From: a phage
Length of the DNA: 64,000 nt
Direction: 5' to 3' (one strand)
Sequence record: PZ171032.1
The notes under the pieces were generated by a model. The model was not told where the DNA came from, ran no database searches, and was given only the letters and a program-made list of their open reading frames with translations. Made by a program: the position numbers and the translations under genes. Positions 26,740-36,691 of this stretch are shown one piece after another (the stretch's first letter is position 1; every line of letters starts with the position of its first letter).

Positions 26740-29163
26740 ATGGTAATAGATAATACGACGAACACCTTCATCGTACCACCCACGCTTCACCATTTGGTGG
26801 TGCATAAGTATCCCAACTAAGTCACACAGCGATGCACCACCATTCTGTTGGTATGCATTAAGTAAAGAGTGTTTAGATCGGGTCCAGATGGCATGACCAT
26901 CAAAAGAGTAGATAAACTTCTTACCCGTTGCTTCCCAGAATTTCTCCAGATCCTCTTTACGCCCCTTAAGACCAGGGTTGGCATCCCAAAGTGCATCGAT
27001 CACCCTTTGTCCCAACTCTGGAGAGATGTCCAGCATATCTGCAACTTTATCTTTTTGTGCCCCGTACATAACCCCATACGTGATAGGTTTACCGTCGTTA
27101 CGAGACACCTCTCTGCCTGCTACTTTTGTATATGCCTCAGCATTGTTTTGGTGTGCGTCCCCGTTACTTACAACATCATAATACAAGCCGTTGTCGAACT
27201 CAAAGGCACCCCAAGCCCCGATAAGCTGCTCTAAGTTGGACCCGTCAATACCGATCTCAAAGTATCCTGGAGGAACACCCCACAGACTACGCATCTCTTT
27301 ACCCATAACCACTTTAGGAGATGGTTTAGGCATGTTTGCACAAATACTGTGTTTCTGTCTGGAAGTGTTTGTTAATCCAGAGCTTTTAGCAGGAAGCTTA
27401 TGGTCAATCTTCAAACGTGGGTGATTAAGAAGACCAGTATCAACCTTATCCTCCTTAATTGGATCAAGGACCGATCTGCGGTTTCGCAATGATAACCACA
27501 AGACGATATCTTTAGCCATCTCTCCGTTCAATTTTTCAAGATTCGGACATAGGTGTCCAAACGTATCTTTCAGTTGCGGAGAAGTAATAAGTGCTCTGGC
27601 TTTTCTACGTATTTTCCCGAATACTTCCTTTTTAATCCTTTCGGAGTTAGGAAAGCTTCGGAACTTGTGCACGGTTGTCTGGAACTTAGCATCAGTTTTG
27701 TTCCAGAAGTTGATAATCAGGTCACAATACTCTGACTCTAAAAGCTCGTCCATATATGCATATACTCGTGCATCAACATCTGCATCAGGTAGAGCTTTCT
27801 TCTTGCTGTCTTTAGTTACATCCTTAGTTCTCCACATTGTCGGAAGCCAACCAGCACTGATCAGGTATCGCTTAATATCGTCCTGATTGCTGATTTTCAT
27901 AGGTATCTTGCAGTCAGGCATTCGCTTCTGCTGCAGATCGCTTATTGCCTGATCCATCAGCTCTTTAGGTAAAGGTTGTGGTGTGGAGGTGCCCTTAATA
28001 TAACCTCTCAAGAAATCAGCCATCTTGTCTGGGTCTTTGCAGCCCATCTCTTCACACCATTTTATCCCCATTTTACTGACATCTCCTGTGGAGGTAAATG
28101 CTCGCTTAGGTGGGGCTTTGAACTCTAAAGCGCTCATGTCTACAGGATAGCCAAGCTTATCTTTTAACCATTTCCAACCATTATTGGAGATTGTCCCATC
28201 TTGGTTAAACGGCTTTTCAGGGAACTTGGGCCGCTGAGACATTGACAGCTCTTTTAAAGGTAGTTGTGGTTCAACACGATCAGCTATTTCTTTCATCCAC
28301 GCATCGCAACGGTCACGTAAAGCAATAGCCCCGTCTATGTCGAAATACACACCCTGACGGGCCTGCAGCTCCATCAGGAAGTGCTGCAGCATGCCTCGGC
28401 GTAATGCGTTCTTCCAGGTGATCTTCTTGAACCCTTTTGGCTTCTCTTTGGCAGGATCGTACATAAAGTTCTGCATGTCAGATTTGCCGTAGAATACACC
28501 TTTTGATTCCGCTACCAGCTCTTTCCAGAGCAGCTCCTGGATGATAACGTCCTCGAATACACGATCCACATACTTCCACAGCGGAAGATCGCGCCAGTCA
28601 TCAATTTGAACTTTCTGGTTACCAAGAGCGTAGCCCCATGCCATAAGGCCGTGAGGACCAACAGGCTGCATTTTCTTAGTAACCGGGTTGAATACAGAGT
28701 CCGGACAACCTTTTGGTAAAGGGCGATCAGGCCACAAGATTCGGCTCATCGCCAACGTATCGAACAGGTTAACCTGGTGGTCGTTGATAGTCCCCATACA
28801 TTTAGGATCACGGAACATATCAAAATGAATACCGGATAATCTCTCCATCAGCATAAAGTCATAACTGTAGCAGTTATGGCAGTTCAAAGCTGTTGGTGAC
28901 CAGTCGGAATTTCCTGTAAGCCAACCTTCCAACTCCGAAAAATCTGCTATGCGAACTTCAAAATCTTTATAAAGAGTTTTCTTTGCCAGAATAAAGTTCT
29001 TAGCCTTCTCTATATCCTCCTCGGAGTAGTGTGTGCGGTCATTTAGAGGAAGGAACAGCATAAAACGGTTCTTATTCAGCTCTTTAAACAGGCCGCAATG
29101 ATAATAAAGATCTGGGTCTTCCAGCAAACCGGATGACTCAAAATCGAACGACCACATGCTCAT
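26740..29163 (-). CDS. family A DNA polymerase (T7 gp5 / Pol I-like), exon 1 with 3'-5' exonuclease and polymerase motifs A and B
   Basis: Exo I FDFESSG; motif A IGIDGSNLEQL; motif B RNDGKPITYGVMYGAQ; ORF stops at ...IIYYH-K* exactly where motif C HDE is expected. Confidence 0.85.
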
Positions 29164-29221
29164 ATACAGTTCTCCTTAAAGGGGAGGCGGTTGTACTACC
29201 CCTCCCACTCTTTGTTAAACA

Positions 29222-31300
29222 TTAAAAAGGTGTTTCATCATCCTCAAAACCAGGAACATGGTCAGAGGACGGATCATCGTACTGGAGGTCTTCCTGCGTG
29301 TCAACAGGCTTAACAGTAGGAGTTACAACCTTATCAGCCACAACCTTACCCATAGGTGTTTCTACAACTGCATGCTCCTGATCCTCAAACATAGCCTGAG
29401 GTCTCCAAACAACCTCCCCACCTTCTCCATCTGTAAACATTTGCATTTCTTTGTCCCAGTACCAATTACTGGCATCATGGAACTTACCTGTATGTGGGTC
29501 CATAACCAAAGTGTCTGCAATACCTAAAGTTTTTGCTGGACGGTTTTTAAGACCTACCAGTCGGACACGCCCACGAGAACGATCCACCATTTCTTCGGCC
29601 TCGACACCTATGACTACCCAACTCAACTGTTCAAGCCCAGCCGATCCTCGCAAATTCTCTTTTCGCACAGGATACCAGAAAGGTAACGGGTTACCATCCT
29701 TGTCCTTAGGAGGCACAATCTCTGTACGTTTGAGGTGAGCGATCACCAAGATAAACACATTGAACTGCTTACAAAACGCAGCCAGCTGGGTCATAGCCAT
29801 GTCCAGTTCTTTTCGCTCATCCTTAACATTAAGCCCCGAAATTACCATAGACAGGTGATCCAGCACAATATAACGGCAATGGTACAGGCAAACCATTTGC
29901 TTAAGCTTGGTAATCAACTCGTCCACCGGAATAGACCCGAAATGTTTGAACACTTTGATTTTTCCAGCTTTTGCCCATGATTGGTGAATCTCTGCGTGTT
30001 CTTGATCAGTTAAAAACTGGCTAGGATCTTCAACAAACTCTTTAACATCAAACCCTAGCTGGTTTGCATACAAGGAGTTAATTGCTTCCTCTGGGTCCTC
30101 CTCAAGATGGATCATGCATAGACGATCATCCTCTTCATAGTCATCGGCCTTCGGGCATGTCGGGTCCATCAAGTATCTTGCAATACAATGTTCCAGTTTT
30201 TTAGCTACAGTTGTTTTACCGCCCCCTGATGGCCCTGTAAGCATTACGAGTGTCCCTTTGTGCAAGCCTTTTAGCATTTTTTGCAGTTTTGGAAACTCTG
30301 CGCTGATATCTACCCCGTTGGAAGTCTTTTTCCGCAAAGATTCGATAGAGAAGTCTTCTAAATCCGACACAGCATCAGGCACATACTTAACAGGATGCCG
30401 GAACATGTTTACAATATCTTCCAGCTTTTTAGCCTTTAGCATGTCACGGATATCTTTTACACCGTCAGGATCGTTTACCTCACCGGGGTATTCTACGTGG
30501 TAAACGTTATCAGCCATCAAAAATGCTGCGATATTGTGCGTGGCCTCAACACCTTTAATGACGTGTTTTTGCTTCTCTACCTCGTTAGCTGCATCGTTAT
30601 CCATTGCCAGCACAACTGTTCCATAGCTACGGATAAACTTCTCATTGTTTGCAAAAGTATCTACTGCGTTTGCACATCCACAGTTAATTCCAACAAAAGG
30701 CAGGCATGGTTTTCCTGCCAGATCGCCACCGTTGATAACTGCATCGATCCCGTCCTGGACCTCTTTAGCCCACTGTTTCACCTTTGCCGGGGCTTTAGCG
30801 TTGGTGAGAATCCCTTTTACTTGTATCTGATATGCAGCCTGCCATGCTGCAATAACATCACCTTCTCCCTCACAAACGTTAATCTGCTTACGGTTGTTGG
30901 AAGATGCACACAGCTTTTGACCAAACATCTGAGAGTTAGCCTTTACTATGCCAACAACGGAGAAATGGCCTCTTTGCTCTTTAGGAATCGTCCAGTCACG
31001 CTTTTTGAAACCGGACAGATTTCCGTAGCGGTCGTAATATGGGAAATATGTTGCAGTGACTGTCACACCATCTTCTTGGGATAATGCTGATCGCACACCA
31101 AAATATTGTGCAGCCATCAGACCGATATTTTGTTGTGGGACAGGGACAATTTTAGTATTTTCTAAAACAGTCTCTACAGTTTCAACTTCTTTTTCATCAC
31201 GATAGTCTCGTTTCACACTTCCCCCACTTTTATACTTAGTTGCTTTCGGGTTTGGCTCACCGAAACGGTTGTATGCAGATGCCATAAATTTACTTCCCAT
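29222..31300 (-). CDS. primase-helicase (T7 gp4-like: TOPRIM primase plus DnaB-family helicase)
   Basis: TOPRIM-like CEGEGD; Walker A GPSGGGKTT; Walker B-like FILVIAH; 692 aa; adjacent to DNA polymerase. Confidence 0.85.
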   Translation of the reverse strand: MGSKFMASAYNRFGEPNPKATKYKSGGSVKRDYRDEKEVETVETVLENTKIVPVPQQNIGLMAAQYFGVRSALSQEDGVTVTATYFPYYDRYGNLSGFKKRDWTIPKEQRGHFSVVGIVKANSQMFGQKLCASSNNRKQINVCEGEGDVIAAWQAAYQIQVKGILTNAKAPAKVKQWAKEVQDGIDAVINGGDLAGKPCLPFVGINCGCANAVDTFANNEKFIRSYGTVVLAMDNDAANEVEKQKHVIKGVEATHNIAAFLMADNVYHVEYPGEVNDPDGVKDIRDMLKAKKLEDIVNMFRHPVKYVPDAVSDLEDFSIESLRKKTSNGVDISAEFPKLQKMLKGLHKGTLVMLTGPSGGGKTTVAKKLEHCIARYLMDPTCPKADDYEEDDRLCMIHLEEDPEEAINSLYANQLGFDVKEFVEDPSQFLTDQEHAEIHQSWAKAGKIKVFKHFGSIPVDELITKLKQMVCLYHCRYIVLDHLSMVISGLNVKDERKELDMAMTQLAAFCKQFNVFILVIAHLKRTEIVPPKDKDGNPLPFWYPVRKENLRGSAGLEQLSWVVIGVEAEEMVDRSRGRVRLVGLKNRPAKTLGIADTLVMDPHTGKFHDASNWYWDKEMQMFTDGEGGEVVWRPQAMFEDQEHAVVETPMGKVVADKVVTPTVKPVDTQEDLQYDDPSSDHVPGFEDDETPF

Positions 31301-32054
31301 TAATTCTGCTCCTTACTACAGGCTCGTTTGCTAAGAATACGGCTTTTGCCCAGCCACGTGGTGTGAGGCTTCGAATCATCTTCGTTCTTGCACTCTTTCC
31401 ACCCAGCTTGGCGTGTTGCATGGAATACCCGCTAACCACGTCAACTATTTGCGGGACAGGTTTTGTGGCCGGGATTATAAATCCATTACCTATCCAGCCG
31501 CAAGTTATTTTTGGATAGGCATCACGTGGAGCTATAAATTCAGGAAACCATGGGTTTACATCATCTTCCGGTAAATACCCGCCATAGTCAGAAGGATGAA
31601 AACGGTAATCAGGTTTGCGCCACAGTGTGGACATAACACCTACAGGATTCTCTACATGCCACGGGCAATCGTAAATCTCTCCCAGCTCTTCCGCAACCCG
31701 AGCATCCCTTACAGCATTAATTTGGATCATGGGATCCTTAGCCAGCTTTTTCTTAAAATGTGCAGCACCTGATACCGCTAAATGCGTGCACGGAGGAAAT
31801 GCAAGAATAAAGTCTGGAGCTGGGTACATGCAAAAAGTTTCCTGAGGGAACCATGGGTCAATCCAATAATCCACATAGTGAATGTTGGGATGATCGGTTA
31901 TCACCTCTGCATAACTGCCGTGATCAGCACCTTCTGCATTAAAGCACAGGCACAGATACCCAGCTTTTGCCCAGTCAATGACTGCACCACCAGATCCGTC
32001 AAATAGGCTCCACACAACACCTTTGTGGTAGTGTTCTTTGTAGATAAATTTCAA
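31290..32054 (-). CDS. DNA (cytosine-5)-methyltransferase-like protein
   Basis: motif I SLFDGSGG (F-x-G-x-G-G), motif IV FPPC (PC), motif VI HVENPVGV (ENV); start moved to TTG at 32054 with AGGAGA RBS because the track start lies inside a terminator hairpin. Confidence 0.55.
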   Translation of the reverse strand: MKFIYKEHYHKGVVWSLFDGSGGAVIDWAKAGYLCLCFNAEGADHGSYAEVITDHPNIHYVDYWIDPWFPQETFCMYPAPDFILAFPPCTHLAVSGAAHFKKKLAKDPMIQINAVRDARVAEELGEIYDCPWHVENPVGVMSTLWRKPDYRFHPSDYGGYLPEDDVNPWFPEFIAPRDAYPKITCGWIGNGFIIPATKPVPQIVDVVSGYSMQHAKLGGKSARTKMIRSLTPRGWAKAVFLANEPVVRSRINGK

Positions 32055-32072
32055 TTTGCTGTCTCCTAATGC

Positions 32073-32100
32073 AAAAAGCCCCACCCTTTCGGGCAGGGCC
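32073..32100 (-). terminator. rho-independent terminator (second copy of GNRA-looped element), minus strand
   Basis: minus strand GGCCCTGCCC-GAAA-GGGTGGGGC followed by TTTTT; near-identical to 20444-20471. Confidence 0.6.
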
Positions 32101-32105
32101 TAGTG

Positions 32106-32588
32106 TTAAACCCGGATACCTATTGTATACTCGGTGGATACCAATGTCAAATCTAAATTTAAAATTTCTTGCATCTCATAATATGCGTCCAGGGTGAGAT
32201 ACATTTCCCCATCCTTTTCTACATACTTGTCCAAGTGCTTGAGGCATTTCGGATAACTATCGAGTGCAGCTTTCAGACACTCAAACTCTGTGCTGTTGAT
32301 GAGTCCTTCCATCTTGGCTACCCGTTCTGGGGTAACGATAGCACTGTAGTGAGATTTAGCTTCCTGAATGCAATGGGTCCAAGCATCAACTTTCTCTTCG
32401 AAAAGCCCGAAGAATTTCTTTTTGGTGAGCTTCAGATTCTTTAAGTGCTTAAGCACTCGGTTGCCGATCACAGCCACATCACGAAACTTAAGGATCACTT
32501 TGTCGATATCCTCGCGGCCTATTTTCACAAAGCAAGCCTCACACATTTCAGGAGCTGCGTAACCTACTTTCCACATAAAATCTGACAT
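32106..32588 (-). CDS. hypothetical protein
   Basis: ORF; no motif. Confidence 0.55.
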   Translation of the reverse strand: MSDFMWKVGYAAPEMCEACFVKIGREDIDKVILKFRDVAVIGNRVLKHLKNLKLTKKKFFGLFEEKVDAWTHCIQEAKSHYSAIVTPERVAKMEGLINSTEFECLKAALDSYPKCLKHLDKYVEKDGEMYLTLDAYYEMQEILNLDLTLVSTEYTIGIRV

Positions 32589-32600
32589 AACACTATCTCC

Positions 32601-32999
32601 TTATTCTTCCTGAAAAGCAACGATATCATATGAACTTGCAGACGATCCTGGTGAAGAATGACTCCAGTCTAGGTCATCAGAGTAGTCAGCGTACTGTGCA
32701 CCACTACGTAGTTTATATTTTACCCACTTACCTGGTGCAGGGTTTTCACCACCTTCCCATACTTCCCAGCCTTCTGGCAGGCCGTCCTGGGAATAGTCAT
32801 CCACCTCACTAATAATCTTAGGGTTTGGCACCAAGATCCCTGCAGGCTCTTCCTTCCGGATAAGTGTCCACACAACATAGGTGTCTGAGCAGGCGCATGA
32901 TAGCAAAGTATATCCACTATTCAGAACTTCTGCAAGCTCTTTTTCAGCATCTTCCAATTTGGTTAAGTGGTATTGGAGAATCTTCACACCTGTAATCAT
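32601..32999 (-). CDS. hypothetical protein
   Basis: ORF; no motif. Confidence 0.55.
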   Translation of the reverse strand: MITGVKILQYHLTKLEDAEKELAEVLNSGYTLLSCACSDTYVVWTLIRKEEPAGILVPNPKIISEVDDYSQDGLPEGWEVWEGGENPAPGKWVKYKLRSGAQYADYSDDLDWSHSSPGSSASSYDIVAFQEE

Positions 33000-33343
33000 C
33001 AGAAACCTCCCACTTCTTCGGCAAATGCAGCTGCTGTCGTCGCTGCATCCAGATAGGACTCTAGTTCACGGGCTGCACGTTTGTAAATTGAGTGGCGAAT
33101 ATCGTTTGGCAGTTGGTAGAAGTCCACCTCTTCACCGTTGTGGTAAACATGCACATCAGTGATCTGTCTAAATCCGTAATAGTCAACATCAGAATCACGG
33201 CACTCCGGGTCTGGCAACTGGACAACTGCCTGAGCTTCTACAGTGAACATATCGTCAAGTTCGAAATCGATTTCAAAAGTGTATGGTTTATAACGTTTCA
33301 TCATTTGATTGTACTCTTTATTGATCAGACTTATCTTTCGCAA
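32999..33343 (-). CDS. hypothetical protein
   Basis: ORF; start may be at internal ATG (MMKRY). Confidence 0.55.
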   Translation of the reverse strand: MRKISLINKEYNQMMKRYKPYTFEIDFELDDMFTVEAQAVVQLPDPECRDSDVDYYGFRQITDVHVYHNGEEVDFYQLPNDIRHSIYKRAARELESYLDAATTAAAFAEEVGGF

Positions 33344-34643
33344 TTAAGGTCGGGGCAAGTTTGTAATAACGGAAGCCACCACCACCTTGCCAGTTTACAG
33401 ACTTAGAAATACCACCTTGATCTTCCCCATCGATCACTTTTTCCAAGCGCGGAATAATATGGGTATGGCAATGATCACCAATCTCGATGGAGATCCAACG
33501 TCTTTTCATCTTGTGAGCTACAGCGGCAGTAGTTCCCGAACCACCGAATGAATCCAATACCAAATCACCTTCTCGCGTACACATTTCGAAAATCCGCTTC
33601 AAAAGCGCTTCTGGTTTTTTCCCATTTTTGAAACTAACGCCGCCTTCATTTGCTATTCCATTCCAACTAATGTCTGTCCAAACATCAGTTATTAGTTCCG
33701 CAGGTTGCATATCACCGTCAATTTCCAAAAGCCTGTTGGAGTAAAAGACCATTTGCCTACCATTTGCGATATAAAATCCTTCAACATCCTCATTTGGATG
33801 TACATAAACCTTATCCCTATCTTTCTTTGACTTCTCTATAGTTTCTTTTCTCTTTATTTTAGCACCACCACCAATTGCAACAGATTGAAATACACGTTCT
33901 GCATTATCAATTGCAAATTGTGCTAATTCATCATCGAATGTGTCAGGCAGTTTTTTCTTGGCTTCTTTTGCATCTTTATAGCCATTGGCCTTTGCAAACG
34001 CATCGGCAATACCGCACCACGTCCAATTTTTATAATGATCATCCGGGTTTAATAGGTATTTGTTATATCCGGTATCATAACCTTTAGGTATATAGATTTT
34101 GTTAAGCGGTTTCTGGGTGCGATCTTTTGCATATACAAGCAAAAAGTTTGCTGTGGAGAAAACTGTGGCTCCTGTTGCCTTAAATCCCGAAGGGGAATTT
34201 GTGGTCATCGATATGGTATTTAACTGATTTGCACGACCAAAAATCTCGTCCATCAAAACTTTTAAATACGCCATTTCGCAATCATCTAAGTGAACGAATA
34301 TTACCCCGTCATCACTTAGAAGATTACGAATTATTTCTAACCTATCCCTCATTAAGCCCAGCCAAATGGAATGCTCCAGACTATCATCGTAGTGCTCAAA
34401 AGCCCTCCCGGTGTTGAATGGTGGGTCTATGTAAACACACTTCACTTTGCCTGCGTACTCTTGCTCTAGCGCCTTCAATGCTAATAAGTTATCTCCAAAA
34501 ATCAGCTTATTATCAAAAATATCGTTTTCGGTAACTCTCTGGCTGTGGTAAGACTTACTCGAATCTTCTAACAAAATGTGCGGCTCTAATTTTTTGCGCT
34601 CGTTTTTACCTATCCAGGTAAGTTCTAATTTGGTTTTGCTCAT
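33318..34643 (-). CDS. DNA N6-adenine / N4-cytosine methyltransferase (beta-class amino-methyltransferase)
   Basis: catalytic motif IV VYIDPPFNTG (DPPF) in N-terminal part and AdoMet motif I SFGGSGTT near the C-terminus (beta-class order). Confidence 0.75.
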   Translation of the reverse strand: MSKTKLELTWIGKNERKKLEPHILLEDSSKSYHSQRVTENDIFDNKLIFGDNLLALKALEQEYAGKVKCVYIDPPFNTGRAFEHYDDSLEHSIWLGLMRDRLEIIRNLLSDDGVIFVHLDDCEMAYLKVLMDEIFGRANQLNTISMTTNSPSGFKATGATVFSTANFLLVYAKDRTQKPLNKIYIPKGYDTGYNKYLLNPDDHYKNWTWCGIADAFAKANGYKDAKEAKKKLPDTFDDELAQFAIDNAERVFQSVAIGGGAKIKRKETIEKSKKDRDKVYVHPNEDVEGFYIANGRQMVFYSNRLLEIDGDMQPAELITDVWTDISWNGIANEGGVSFKNGKKPEALLKRIFEMCTREGDLVLDSFGGSGTTAAVAHKMKRRWISIEIGDHCHTHIIPRLEKVIDGEDQGGISKSVNWQGGGGFRYYKLAPTLIAKDKSDQ

Positions 34644-34704
34644 CGTTTGGTGCTCTCCTTAGTTTTTTGTGGGGAGGAGGCCTCCCCTTTATACTCACAT
34701 CTTA

Positions 34705-35046
34705 CTACTCAAGGTCTTCAGAGTCAAGCTCAAAAAGAATCAAACTGTGCATGCCTGCAGAGAGATCAACACACCCTGCAACAATAAGGGTCTGATAGTA
34801 AGGTTCAGCACCCTCGATGTCTTCGTTAAAATCCACAACAAGGTAGTCACCTTTGTTAAAGGTGTATTTGTCCGATGTGAATGCAAAACCTGCCCAGTCC
34901 CCTACTGCAGGATCTTTATCAGTCACCTTTGTTAGCAGTAGATCTTTTTCACGAGATCTTTTAGTAAAATCGTGAATCACAACATCCTTCTCTTCAGGAG
35001 TTGGATTGCCACACACGTAGTTAACGATATTTCTCCACAAACTCAT
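34705..35046 (-). CDS. hypothetical protein
   Basis: stop/start overlap with helicase gene. Confidence 0.55.
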   Translation of the reverse strand: MSLWRNIVNYVCGNPTPEEKDVVIHDFTKRSREKDLLLTKVTDKDPAVGDWAGFAFTSDKYTFNKGDYLVVDFNEDIEGAEPYYQTLIVAGCVDLSAGMHSLILFELDSEDLE

Positions 35047-36413
35047 ACGTCCCCCTCTTCGGCTCTGGTTTCAAAATCTTTCCTGACAATTTTGTCTAAG
35101 TCAGGGAATGTTGTATTGTAAAACTCTACGACTCGCGGGTCAACAATAATGTCAACTTCTCTTAGTGGACGCAACAAGTTTATTCCTTGTATTGTCTTAA
35201 CTCTGCTCAAAGCGACATACGTCATCCCAGGAGAGAAAGCTCCGTTCTTTCCAAGGTCTAGGTTGTAACAATCTAGCGTAAGTCCTTGACTTTTATGAGA
35301 TGTTACGGCGTACCCAGATTTCAGAGGAAGTTGCTTGTATGACCCAATCACTACCCTCTCTATAAACTTCTCCATCTTCCTTTCTGCAATGTTGTATCTC
35401 TGAGATGGCTTATACTCGTTATTCTCCCACAACCTCTGCTCTATGTCAACCTGTGTTCCATCTTCAAGCTCTACCACCACCGCCTTGTTCTTAAATTTAA
35501 CAATTGTGGCACGTGTTCCGTTAACATAATAAGGTACTTTGTGCGTCGGGTCAACATCGTTGGCGGTTATCATAACTTTCATGCCAATTTTCAACTTCAT
35601 CTCCTGCTCAACTGGCAGGGTGGAGGGAAACTTACCCTTCATTTCCCCAGTGTATACCTTCTCCGGGGCGTTGATGGCATCATAGAACCTTCTGTTCACT
35701 TCCTCTGCTTGTTTGTTGGTGGCGCAAATTGTGAGAGCGTCTGTTGGTACACCGCCTTTGTAACAGCGAGCATTAAGTTCTGCTACAACCTCTTTTATGC
35801 GACGACCCTCACGAACACAGTTGAGCATTGTGGCAAATCGAATAGACTCCTGTCGGAACTGATCTATTAGGGCTATGTTGTGGAGGTCAAGCTCTTTCCA
35901 AGATTCGGTATAGCAACACAGGTCTGTATGGTAGAAGTTGAAGTAGGCTTCCTTCTCCATAGAAGAGACAACAGGAGGTGCCTGGTAAAAATCGCCAAAC
36001 AATATGACCTGTATGCCTCCGAAAGGTTTGTCATTTTTTCGAAGGAAGCGAAGTTTCCTATCCATCTCTATAAACTTATCAGCACGGATCATAGAGATTT
36101 CATCGATAATCAGGATGGTAAATGCCTTGCTTTTCAAAGGCTTTGCTGTTTTTGCCCTTATTGCGGTCCAGTCTGACTCCATGCTCACACCTGCTGCAAG
36201 ATCGAAGGTTCGGTGTGCTGTTGCTCCATTAACGTTTAAAGCGGCTACCCCTGTCGGGGCAACCGTTATGCAAGAGTCTCCATACATTGACTGGATCATG
36301 TTGATGAGGTACGTCTTCCCACAACCTGCGGGTCCTGAAACGAAGACATTCTCACCGCTCATGATTGCAACGAGGGCAGCATCTGTGCCTACATCATACT
36401 GCCCTTTTTCCAT
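35043..36413 (-). CDS. Dda / RecD-like SF1 DNA helicase
   Basis: Walker A GPAGCGKTY; motif II IIDEISM; FGDFYQAPPV; motif VSHKSQGLTLD near C-terminus. Confidence 0.85.
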   Translation of the reverse strand: MEKGQYDVGTDAALVAIMSGENVFVSGPAGCGKTYLINMIQSMYGDSCITVAPTGVAALNVNGATAHRTFDLAAGVSMESDWTAIRAKTAKPLKSKAFTILIIDEISMIRADKFIEMDRKLRFLRKNDKPFGGIQVILFGDFYQAPPVVSSMEKEAYFNFYHTDLCCYTESWKELDLHNIALIDQFRQESIRFATMLNCVREGRRIKEVVAELNARCYKGGVPTDALTICATNKQAEEVNRRFYDAINAPEKVYTGEMKGKFPSTLPVEQEMKLKIGMKVMITANDVDPTHKVPYYVNGTRATIVKFKNKAVVVELEDGTQVDIEQRLWENNEYKPSQRYNIAERKMEKFIERVVIGSYKQLPLKSGYAVTSHKSQGLTLDCYNLDLGKNGAFSPGMTYVALSRVKTIQGINLLRPLREVDIIVDPRVVEFYNTTFPDLDKIVRKDFETRAEEGDV

Positions 36414-36691
36414 TACGCCTCCTCGTAAAGAATGTCGATAGTGTTACCGTCTCGGTCAACCACGTATTCAATCGGGTCTCCGTCCTTGCGTGCTTCCGGA
36501 GCTACCACAATCTCATAGCGGCATGCACGGCACTTAGCGCTATTGTGTTGGTATGGCACACTAACCACATCTGCAGGGTCAACCATGACAGTCATTACAG
36601 TGCCGTAGCTCTTCGCATACTCTTTGCTGGCGCAGTGTAAGCCATAGGAGCACGCAGCTTCAGGATCATCCTCTACAAAGTTACGAGGCAT
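36413..36691 (-). CDS. hypothetical protein (start uncertain; frame overlaps 3' end of upstream gene)
   Basis: track ORF starts at TTG 36778 overlapping upstream gene by about 100 nt in another frame; first in-frame ATG at 36691. Confidence 0.4.
   Translation of the reverse strand: MPRNFVEDDPEAACSYGLHCASKEYAKSYGTVMTVMVDPADVVSVPYQHNSAKCRACRYEIVVAPEARKDGDPIEYVVDRDGNTIDILYEEA

Noticed and set aside
26734-29163. Intein in the DNA polymerase
   Set aside because: An intein would keep a continuous reading frame. Here the polymerase frame ends with a stop codon and the HNH ORF is in a different frame with its own start, so an intron or split gene is favoured.
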